NCBI GenBank assembly: GCA_964035545.1
Contig: CAXIUT010000076.1
Coordinates: 1 to 19,843, forward strand
From: Bugula neritina
Lineage: Eukaryota; Animalia; Bryozoa
Length of the DNA: 19,843 nucleotides
Reading direction: 5' to 3'
Made by a program: the position numbers and the translations under genes. The notes below the pieces were generated by a model, which was given only the letters and a program-made list of their open reading frames with translations, was not told the DNA's origin and did no database searches. Shown piece after piece: positions 10,452 to 19,843 of this stretch. How positions within the stretch are numbered: position 1 is the first letter of the stretch; each line of letters opens with the position of its first letter.

Positions 10452-12158
10452 ATGAGTGATCTCTAAGAACAAATCAAAACTAAAAATAAACCTCTCAGTT
10501 ATGAATAGTTGATAGTGATGATTAAACATCAATATAGTAATTTGGATGAAGATGATCTTCATGCATTGATCTAGGTACATATTCCTAAGGGAGAGTAGAT
10601 GCCTGTAAATGAATGTTTATTTTCAGTTGAAAGCATGAGAAGAGATGTGTAGAAGTTACAGCCACGTAAGAGTGAGTTGACTTGTTTCCATGTGAATTCA
10701 TTGATGTGTATGCGTGATGGTGGTATATATATTTAGAAGTTGGATATTCCCACATAACTTGATGTTAATCTTGAATTCAAAGATATTGTTGGATAGGACC
10801 TCTATAAAAACCTTATTAACTATGCTTCTGTTGGTCTTCTTTTCTTGAAGTTCTAGGAAAAACCTCATAGGAGATATACTTTTTTCCAATGGGTTTAGTA
10901 TAATCTAGACCTTTCTATCTACTAAGATGTTAATACCCCTTATTTACTTCTTCTCAAACAAGTTTGGAGCTTTAAGTTTCGTCAAGCTTTATAAACACTT
11001 GAAATGATTCGTGCTAAATTTCCTGAAGATGAATAAGTGAGTAGTCTCGAGGTAGGTTTAAATATTTTTGTTGAAGTTTGTAATACGATGATGCGAAATT
11101 AAGAGTTGAAGGAAGTTTTTGTGGATCGTAAGTAATTTGGAATTAAGTTTGAAAGTGAACATAATAACAAAATTTAATAAAAATACTTTAATAGCAGTAT
11201 TAATGAGATTAAGCAGCAATTGTTATTTGCTTCAAATTATTTTTATTCTCTTAAAAATCATTTCAAGAACAAATGTTATCATGCTATAGCAATATTTTTG
11301 AGCAATCGTGAAGATAACTATTTGAGAGAAGCTGATCCAACTATACATCTTTAATCTTTTTCGATAGTTGATAGATTTTTCTATGCCAAACGGTTTTATC
11401 GTTCATAGGACTTTTAAACTCTCAAAAGACAACTTTTATAAAATTATATTAATATATCAAGACTTGACTATATCATGCTTTTTGGAACAAGAAAGGAATC
11501 TTAACAAATTTTACAAAATTATATTGACTAGACTAATGAGTTAAGAACTGTTGCATTTATAAGTGTTCTTTTAAGAATCTTTCTAGAACAAAGTAGAATG
11601 GGATCAAAAGATACAAAAGTATCTCTTTTTAACAAATTTATAAAATGTTATTAATCTTTACTAGTAAATATGGATTCTGGAAAAGCAAAACACAATTTCG
11701 ACAAGAAGTGTATTTCGATATAAGTATAGCGTAAAAAAAAGAACCTAAGCAAGACATATTCATTTAATTGTATTCATTGTAAGGCAAGTCAATGTTTGTT
11801 GTCAGTGACTAAGAGGATAGCGATAGATGCTAAGCAATATCAGTTGCGGATGAAGGGGAATAATTTATATTCTAAAGATCAGAGGAACCAGGTGATGTAT
11901 TGCCTTGATTGTATGGAGTTATTGCCTAAGTGTGCGGTTTGTTTGTACCCAATAACTGTCTATAACGGTTTTGCCTAGGAAAATAAAAGAAACAGCGTAA
12001 ATGATAAACTTAAGAATAGTGGATAGGCTTTATAAAATGCATTGGTTTGGTGTCCTAAGTGTTTTCATGGAGGACACTTTGAACATTTAATGGACTGGTT
12101 TAAAATTTAAGAAAAAAAATGTCCTGTCTTTAGTTGTAAATGTAAATGCACATTTTGA
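10452..12158 (+). CDS. MIOS: GATOR2/SEA complex MIOS (Sea4)-like protein, 568 aa, alpha-solenoid plus C-terminal Zn-finger/RING
   Basis: Intronless frame to TGA 12156-12158. FSIVDRFFYAKRF, RLDYIMLFGT and ILQNYIDETNELRTVAF resemble MIOS solenoid motifs. CIHC...CLDCMELLPKCAVC...VWCPKCFHGGHFEHLMDWF...CPVFSCKCKC is the GATOR2 C-terminal Zn-binding signature. Confidence 0.82.
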
Positions 12159-12293
12159 TCTTCGTATTTGTGCTTATTTTTGATTATTATTACTATTTTA
12201 ATAATGATAATAAATAATTTAGGTCTTCAGTACTTTTTAATTTTGAATTACGACGTGGAATAAGGAGATTTATATTATTTAATAGATAGCATA

Positions 12294-13003
12294 ATGTTCA
12301 TCAAAGAAGCCGTTGTTAGTGCTAGTCGTAAACTCTTTCCTGAGAAGGAAATCGCTAAATGGAATCAAGACATCTTCTTGCAATTTCTATTTTTCACCAC
12401 AGTACTTTATCCTTGATTTAGATAAAGAACTATTTCTATAGTTGGCTTCCAGAAGATAATCCTTTCATGATTCCTCAAACTGTCAGAGAAAGAACAAACA
12501 AAAACAAAATTATCTTGGTCTTAGATATGGACGAAACTTTGGTTTATACAAGAAGAACATCATGTCCTCCTCATTCCAACTATATTAAAACAGATGTAAG
12601 GATTCTATTTATTTAGATAAAAGGATAAACTATGTTTGTTGAACCTAGACCTCTTGTTAAACATTTTTTAGAATCAGTGGCTGAAATATTTACTATTTAT
12701 GTTTATACAGCTGGTGAGAAAAAGTATGCGGATTCGGTTCTTAATGTTCTTGATACAAAGAATTTGATTGAAAAACGATTTTACAGAGATTCTTGCAAAA
12801 AACAAAATGGAACCATGATCAAAGACCTCAAATATCTGAAAAAAACATTAAGAACCAAACAGGAAATGGTCTTGGTTGATGATAATTCTATGTCAATTAA
12901 CAAAAACTATCCCTTTGCCATTCAAGCTGAGCCCTTCGAAGGAGACCAAAAAGATCAGGAGTTATTGGCTATTTTCAGCAAATTGTTGAAATTCTACATC
13001 TGA
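12294..13003 (+). CDS. NIF/FCP1-SCP family HAD phosphatase (~222 aa); introns 12402-12421 and probably 12596-12616
   Basis: Motifs ILVLDMDETLV (DxDxT), PRPLVKHFL, VYTAGEKKYA, YRDSC, IKDL and VLVDDN. A hydrophobic N-terminal segment is present. Stop TGA 13001-13003. Confidence 0.92.
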
Positions 13004-13019
13004 TCAAATCAATCAATAA

Positions 13020-13809
13020 TCATTCTTCTTTTTTGTCTTCACTTAGACCATTTGCCTTTAACAGATCTTTAATTCTTTCTTCACTCATAGTATCTCCTTT
13101 GATCTATTCATCCATGTTGAAAGAAATCGACACAAGTTCAATTTTTTTAGGTGAAGGAGTTGTTGTTTCCATTGTTTTTACAAGAGTTTTCAAAGCGAAT
13201 CCAAGTCCATCTTCTTGTGAAAAATCTTATTTATACTCTTGCTTCAAAAAAGAGTTAGCAGCTATATGGTTGCTACCTATGGCTGTAGCCTTCCATCCAG
13301 CATAGTTTCCTGAAGGATCTGTGGAATAGAGTTGGAACTTTCCTTGCTTATCGTAGCCAGCAAAGAGGAAAGCAGCTCCAAAGGGTCTTGATCCTCCCAT
13401 TTGGGTGTAATATTGTTTAATATCACAAATATAGACCACAATTTCTTCGATAGGAATGCTTGAACGATATTTGACTCTGTGGTTCTAAATAGAGGTGTAA
13501 ATACTTGGGCGTGTTCTCTGAGAAGGTTGATGAGGTAGTTAGCATCAGCAGATAGTCCAGAAACAACACAGTAGAGATGTTTGTCGATGGCATAGATCTT
13601 TTCTGAGACTTTGCTTTGTTCGAGGAGGAAGGAAGCTTCGTGTTTTTCAGTAGCTAAAACTACTCCTTATTTGGTCACGATTCCTGGGTAAGTAGATAAT
13701 TACCAATAGCTGATCCAGTTTTGTTGATGGCTTATACAGCATATTATATTTGTTGAAGGCGCCCATCAGGAGTGAAAGTTGTGGTTCTTGAGTCATATCT
13801 TCTTGACAT
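13020..13809 (-). CDS. PSMA4: 20S proteasome subunit alpha-3 (PSMA4/Pre9), 249 aa; introns 13684-13703 and 13485-13504
   Basis: [49 protein letters not shown]...CDIKQYYTQMGGSRPFG...FQLYSTDPSGNYAGWKATAIG. Two 20-nt introns are required to keep the frame. Stop TGA 13022-13020. Confidence 0.97.
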
Positions 13810-13991
13810 TTTTAAATATTTTTCAAATCAATTTTATAATTATCAATTAAAAGGTTAATATCTATTGAAATGATAAACAACTGAAGATATTAAATAAAAA
13901 AGGAGTTATTGATCAAAGGTATTATTTGATAGATTTGAAAAGTTTATTCTATTGATTAAATTTTATTTGATTTGGATATAATATCTAAATA

Positions 13992-15306
13992 ATGATGCTA
14001 TACAATGTGGAATATATCGTAAATCACAGATCGAATCAAAGACCTCTGACTAATAGAAATAAAAAGACTAAAGTTGAATAATTTGTTAAAACTATTGCCG
14101 TTTTTTAAAACAAATGTAACAAAATATCAAAAACTAATGCTTTTTTTAGATTAGTATCAATCGAAGACCCAGAATTTAAAAATTGCTAATCATTTAAGAA
14201 ATATTTAATAGAAGAATGAAGTAAAGATTTTTGATTTGGTCAGATTTTGTTCTCTATCGAAATCATAGATTATTTCTTCTGGTAAAGAATTTAATTTACC
14301 TTAACATTGATGAAACTTTTCGTTGATTCTCAATAAAAAGAATGAAGAAAGATTTTGTTTAACTTTTAATTAATAACAATTTAGTTTTAAAAAAGGTGGA
14401 AAAAGGATTTCATGTACTTGAAGATATTTGTAGATAAATGAATAAAAGAAGAGTTTATTCTTATTTTCTAAGAAGACTAAATGCTAAATCTATAAAAGTG
14501 TCCATCTATAGTGGTTTAATGAACAATTTTGAATATCTCATTGATACTTTTAGAGTCAAAAACTATTTTAAGCATTTCATATCTGTCAATCAAAACACTT
14601 AAAAAAGATATTAACTAACTTGAAGATTCAAGACATTCTAAACGATCTCAAGCAAAACAGGATATATTAAAAAAACATAGATAAGTATCTAACTTAAAAG
14701 AAAGATTACGATGACTATTGGACAGATCAATTAGAATCAAATTCAAAATAATCGAAGAAAAGTCAATGGAGCTAGATAAAATGAATCAAATTTTTAAAGT
14801 TAAATGAATAAGAAGAAGAATTGAAATACAAATTGATTATCTTGAATACTAAGCAAAGAAACTATAAAATTAAATAAAAAGAAAAACAAGGAGTTTATAG
14901 ACTAGATCAACTAATCTCATGGATTTCGAAGATCTTCAGTAAGTTTATGACTATATCCTATCAATAGATCCTAAAGTGCTTAAAAAATAGATAATTCAGA
15001 AGGTAACTGTAAGATACAACCTCGTGGACTTTAGAATAGTTTAAATCATTCAATTCAATAAAACATAAAGCTAAAACATATAATAAGGCAGATATGAACG
15101 AGGAGGAGGAGGAGAAGGTAAGAAGACAGAAACATACAATAATGTGAATAATTAGAACACTATTTAAGAATATAATAGGTAGTTTTATGCAGCATTTTTA
15201 TTCATCAAAAAATGCATAATAAATGGTTTAGGTTTCAGGAGGTATTCAAGGGATTGTTAATAAGTTTAAAAAATAATATAAGAAGAAGTTAGTGTATACA
15301 AAATGA
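13992..15306 (+). CDS. Hypothetical protein(s), multiply frameshifted as written
   Basis: ATG 13992 (MMLYNVEYIVNHRSNQRP...), then coding-like segments in shifting frames, ending ...GGIQGIVNKFKKEYKKKLVYTK-TGA (15304-15306). It could be more than one gene. Confidence 0.45.
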
Positions 15307-15357
15307 TTATTTATCATATTATTTTAAACTGATATTACGTTATTTTTGAATAAATAA

Positions 15358-17028
15358 ATGCAGCAAATCATCGACTATCTTCAATAAAAAAACATTTAAT
15401 TCTAACAAAATGATCCTTTATTGAGTACTTTGAGCTAGCTCTTTGAAGAGAAAGAAAAAGTGATATCTAACTTATCGGGACAGATAACAAAATATAAATG
15501 TGAATAAATAAAAAATAGTAAATTAATTAAAACTTTACAGGAAAAGATTATTCAATTAGCACCAAGTATAAGTGATACTGGTTCTACTTTTATGATGGCT
15601 TCTTAGTTTAAAGTAAAATTTTAGGAGATGATAACAAGTATATTACCATTATCTCTTGGATCTGTAATTGATCGACCTTATTTGTTTAGTAAATGTGTTG
15701 GAGATCTTTTTAGTTTGAGTTATAATAGTATTCAAACAAAAATAGCTTCAATTGTTAGTAGTATTAGTTAGTTGTTAAAAATAAAAAATAGGTCTGATAA
15801 TCATTTAATAGAAAATAAGATAAAGTTGGCTTTGATGAAAATACTACAAGAGTTTAATCAATAAATAGTTCCTTTTTAATTAGAGTTTATAGTTTTAGTA
15901 TAAAAATAGATAATCATTATAGCTAATTAAGAGTTAAATGAGATCGTTTCTAGCTAGGATTATTTATAATTAAGAAAGAATATTCACTAACTTGTAGTTT
16001 ACATGATATTGCAGTAAAAAGAGTGGTAATTTGAAAGTTTAAATGATATGAAATTAATTAAATATTCTAAAAAGTAGTATACTTGTCTTGATGGATGGAT
16101 CAAATAAGGATAAAATGCTCTTCTAATATTGGGAGGACTTAAAGAGATGGACATTTACATGCTAATCTCAAAAACTTTGTTATTCCTTATGAATAATAAG
16201 ACCAACCGTCACTATATTCAAGTTTATAACTTGTTGTTAAATAAAAAAAGTTGAATATTTCTGATTTAGTTTGTTAAAAAAATAAAGAATTATAAATTGT
16301 TAATCAAAGGACTGAATCTTTAGCTTCATAGGAGATAAGTTATTCAAATAAAAACAATCAGTTGAATGTTTGAAGGAAAACAAAGAAAATATTCCTCATT
16401 TATTTAACAAAAAAATCAAAAAGAAAGATAGGTTAAAAATATCTCAATAAAATAGTTTAGCTGGATAAAAATCACCTAAAACCAAAAAGAGACAAGATTC
16501 ATCTAAAAGCAAAAAGATATAAAACTTAATAAAAAAGATAAACTATTGAAGAAAGAATGTTAATTTGAAATAAGAGTATTTTGCTAAAAAGAAAAATTCA
16601 ACAGCTGTAACAACTAAAAATACAAACAAGACAAACCTAGCTAGTCATAGATGATATTTCTTTATTTCAAATAAAAAAGAAAGTTTTAGAAGATTTACCC
16701 TGTAAGTAAAGAAATTCCTTTAAGAAAGAAGACCAAACCAGCTAGTAGTCGAAAAAATAGTGTTGGGAAGATAGTGAGTCAGCAACATATCCTTAAAGAT
16801 AAATAAAATAATCAGAACATGCCTGTTTCTAAGATGAAAATGAAATAAAAGGGATACAAGGATATTATTAAAGAGAAGTTATTGGATGATAAATATCCTT
16901 AAAAGACTCAATTATCGTTGAATTTATTGCAGCCTAAGCCGAAGACGGATAGATAGAGGAGAAAATAAGATAGGCCTTTGAAGATACAAGGGAATGTGAG
17001 TAAATTGAGATAAAAATATATAACTTGA
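15358..17028 (+). CDS. Hypothetical protein: N-terminal coiled coil, central globular region (YTCLDGWIKEGENALLILGG), basic low-complexity tail
   Basis: Clean frame from ATG 15358 for more than 260 codons. An apparent 1-nt deletion near 16141-16143 is followed by further indels. It ends ...VSKLREKYIT-TGA (17026-17028). Confidence 0.65.
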
Positions 17029-17046
17029 TATAAATATTATTAATTA

Positions 17047-18019
17047 TCATTTTGACGATAATCTATTCCTTAGATGTTTAATATTTTTGGATTTTATCTC
17101 TTATTTTGAGAAGAATGGATTGTCCTTCGAAGGTTTTTATATTCTTTTTTTGCTACAACTACAGAATTAGTCTTTCCTATCACCTCGATCTGGTATTATA
17201 GAGTTTTATTCGGTCTATCTCTCTGAGAGCAACTTGTTCTTGGAACTAATTTTCTTTTATTCTTTTGTAAAACTGAAGGATTTTAACTATGTATGGTATT
17301 TCTGAGAAAGGATTCATTTTATTAAACTGAGAAATCAGTATCAAGTTTTTGTCTAGATGATTATGAGCTTTTGAGGTTTCTTTTTCTGATACCTTATTTA
17401 AGTTTAAGCATTTTTTGAAAGGCATCACTACCTAACTTGGATGAAATATTAATTTTCGAATCTTCTTAACTATTTTGTTTATTTTTATTGATTTTAAAGG
17501 AATGAAATCTAAGAAATGATTTGATATCTTTATGTCTTTGTTTTTTTTTGATCTTTTTAAGTTTAATAGTACATAATCATACTCCAATTGACTGGTTCTA
17601 CTTGTGGATGTAGTAATTATTATTTTAATTGAAATTTATTTTATTGTATGATGGTTTATTTATTGAATAGTTTTCTTTACTGGGGATGGTTGAGTATGAT
17701 TTCTTAGTTGATTTATTTTCTATTTTTTTATATGAAGTTAATATCACTTTTATTTTTGATTTAATCTGCTTTTTTGATTTAGTATTTTCTAAGGTTGTTG
17801 ATAAAATTGTTTATTGACTTTTTATTTTTTTGTTAAATTATTAACGTTTGTTTTATCATTTTATGGATTACATGATATAGTTTGATGATTGATATTTTGA
17901 TATGGACTAAAGGAGACTGACTAGAATGTGTTATTTTGGAGTGAATCTTATGCGTTCCAGGGATTTATTGATTATTCGTTTACTTTTAATTTAGGGGGAT
18001 TCTTTATCTTATGTGACAT
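17047..18019 (-). CDS. Low-complexity K/N/S-rich hypothetical protein with frameshifts
   Basis: ATG 18019 (MSHKIKNPPKLKVNEESINPWNAEDSLQNNTF...), ending ...KHLRNRLSSK-TGA (17049-17047). The track ORF 17246-17428 lies within it. Confidence 0.5.
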
Positions 18020-18153
18020 TTTATTTTTATCATTAGTATGTGATATCAAATATCGTTTTTATCTTATAAAATAAAAGTATCAATATTTGATTAATTAAAG
18101 TAAAAATGAAATATTTGTCTTATTATGAAGATTAGTATCAATATATTTATTAA

Positions 18154-18863
18154 ATGAGCAAAAGATCAACAGAGCGAATTCATATCCATAAGATGAATGG
18201 GGTGAAATCAAGTAGTACAGCAGATATAAACAATAATAATCAATAATTTGATGATTCAGTGATAAGTAATCGACCTCATACTAAATTATCTTATCATGAT
18301 GGTTCAATATATTAAAGAATTGAAGATAATAGAAATAGGAGCAATAGTTGCTAAAATAGAGGATGAGAAATAAGAGGTTATGGCAAATAAAACGAAAAGT
18401 AAAAGATAACTATTTGATGAATATCTTTTTAGTGTTCAGAAATGTAAATTTGAGGAATAAAACATAGATGAATCACTTAATTTATTTAATCAATAGAATC
18501 AGATCTTGAATGTTAGTACTAGATATGAAGTAGCAAGGAAGATGTATCCTTCTTTTGATAATAAAAGAAATTTTTATCATCCTCTAGAAATGCAACAGTA
18601 TATTGATAAAAAACCTATGCAAATAAGATCGAGACCATTTCATTCATCTATTATTTCAAGAAAAAGGTATAATAGTCAATTGATAAATAAACGAGGCAAT
18701 CGCTAATAAAAAAATAGAGTTTCTTATATTTAGCCTTGTTAAAATAATTATGATAGAGTTTAACCTTGGAATAACTTACTGATGATTCCATGATCTAAGA
18801 AAGCAACTTTTAATGAAAAATAGATTTCCTACTTTTAAGTAAAGTAAAAAAAATAAAAAATGA
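18154..18863 (+). CDS. Hypothetical protein, frameshift before 18364, end uncertain (18793-18988)
   Basis: ATG 18154 (MSKRSTERIHIHKMNG...). The +1 frame continues through the track ORF 18506-18706. Confidence 0.45.
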
Positions 18864-19022
18864 ACTTTGTTGATTCTCTAAGATATTTTTTCTTTTATTT
18901 TACTTATATTTAGAATTAAATCACTTTGAACAATCAAAAGATTAGACAAAACTAGTTATCTAAAAGTAGTTATTTTGACTAACATTGATTATTTTATATG
19001 AACAGATCAAATTTATTTAATT

Positions 19023-19620
19023 ATGTTTAGAGCTTTAAAATTGATCACTAAGTGTTCATCAGCTAAACCTTCTCTAGGATTTCAGGCCCTTCATAATAAA
19101 CAAATAAGATAGTAGATATAGCAAAGAGGAAGTCCAAAATTAGATGCATTGGTAGATGTTTTACTATCACTATCAAATCGATAAACTTAGTATCTCAACC
19201 TTCTGATGTCATAAAAAGCACTTAATAATGGCAAAATTATCCTTCATAATAAACTAATTAATTCAAAGGATACAAATTGAACCTCTTTAATATTTTTATC
19301 AACAAGAATGGATTAAAAAATAATGGAAAGATACAGAGTTGTTGATGTTTATTTTATCATCTTAGATGTAATAAGCTGGAGAATAAGTTGAAGTTGAAGT
19401 TATTAGATAAAATTATGATGTTGAATTGACTAGTTTGGATGTGTCTCAGAAAATTAAGATTATTAAATCTTTAAGAGAAAGATTTAGTTTGGGATTAAAA
19501 GAGGCTAAAGATCTAGCTGATAAAGCTCCTTCTATGTTGCAGAAGAATATGAAAAGAGAGGAAGCATAAAAACTTCAAAAAGAACTCGAGGCTGCTGGCT
19601 GTGTTATCACTCTCAAATGA
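19023..19620 (+). CDS. MRPL12: Mitochondrial ribosomal protein L7/L12 (bL12m), nucleus-encoded; one apparent frameshift before 19278
   Basis: Presequence-like MFRALKLITKCSSAKPSLG, N-domain-like SPKLDALVDVLLSLSNRETEYLNLL, and C-domain YDVELTSLDVSQKIKIIKSLRERFSLGLKEAKDLADKAPSMLQKNMKREEAEKLQKELEAAGCVITLK-TGA. Confidence 0.9.
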
Positions 19621-19682
19621 TTATATATCTTCTTAAATATCTAATAAAAGTATTGCTATATATCTAATAAGGATAATGATAA

Positions 19683-19843
19683 GGGGTTGGGGTTGGGGTT
19701 GGGGTTGGGGTTGGGGTTGGGGTTGGGGTTGGGGTTGGGGTTGGGGTTGGGGTTGGGGTTGGGGTTGGGGGTTGGGGTTGGGGTTGGGGTTGGGGTTGGG
19801 GTTGGGGTTGGGGTTGGGGTTGGGGTTGGGGTTGGGGGTTGGG
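19683..19843 (+). repeat. Right telomere, (GGGGTT)n
   Basis: Tandem GGGGTT to the end of the sequence, the reverse complement of the left telomere. Two G5 variant units (19767-19771, 19834-19838). Confidence 0.99.

Noticed and set aside
920-13305. Track ORFs 920-1105(+), 3676-3966(-), 5858-6142(-), 10698-10889(-) and 13033-13305(+)
   Set aside because: These are antisense shadows of real genes, produced by translating with the wrong genetic code. The other track ORFs are fragments of longer genes.
13227-13746. Standard ciliate code (TAR=Gln) or a pseudogene with nonsense mutations
   Set aside because: TAA maps to conserved Glu sites in two unrelated conserved proteins, and otherwise intact genes carry many TARs.
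4294-13809. All three stops reassigned (Condylostoma-like context-dependent TGA)
   Set aside because: There is no in-frame TGA in roughly 2,900 codons of clean genes, and Trp is encoded by TGG. TGA occurs only at termini.
14001-14030. Chromodomain-like start YNVEYIVNHR
   Set aside because: The downstream YLVKW/TWE motifs are absent in the frames examined.
19023-19620. Bacterial rplL by horizontal transfer or contamination
   Set aside because: It has a mitochondrial presequence-like N-terminus, uses host TAR codons and lacks operon context.
1-19843. rDNA minichromosome (similar in size to the Tetrahymena ~21-kb palindrome)
   Set aside because: There is no rRNA-like sequence and no palindrome; the molecule is filled with protein genes.
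1-19843. Linear virus, plasmid, mitochondrial genome or transposon
   Set aside because: It has spliceosomal introns, nuclear housekeeping genes and simple telomeres. No polymerase, capsid, transposase or terminal inverted repeats were seen beyond the telomeres.

Overview
This is a complete telomere-to-telomere ciliate macronuclear minichromosome of about 19.8 kb, with (CCCCAA)n at the left end and (TTGGGG)n at the right. It is AT-rich and carries about 17 tightly packed protein-coding genes, often only 16-60 nt apart. The supplied ORF track is largely misleading because TAA and TAG are sense codons here. TAA falls on conserved glutamate positions in proteasome alpha-3 and ribosomal L7/L12, and TAG is also best read as Glu, leaving TGA as the only stop. 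This matches translation table 30 and suggests a peritrich-like oligohymenophorean. Introns are tiny, almost all exactly 20 nt (GTA...AG). Recognisable genes are proteasome alpha-3 (PSMA4), a DxDxT NIF/SCP-family phosphatase, a MIOS/Sea4-like GATOR2 subunit apparently lacking its WD40 propeller, mitochondrial L7/L12, a 1361-aa coiled-coil protein and a multi-calponin-homology-like protein. Genes in 4294-13809 translate cleanly. Genes in both arms contain 1-nt indels, mostly in A-runs and most likely sequencing errors, so their boundaries are approximate. All translations were done by eye and no database searches were run.
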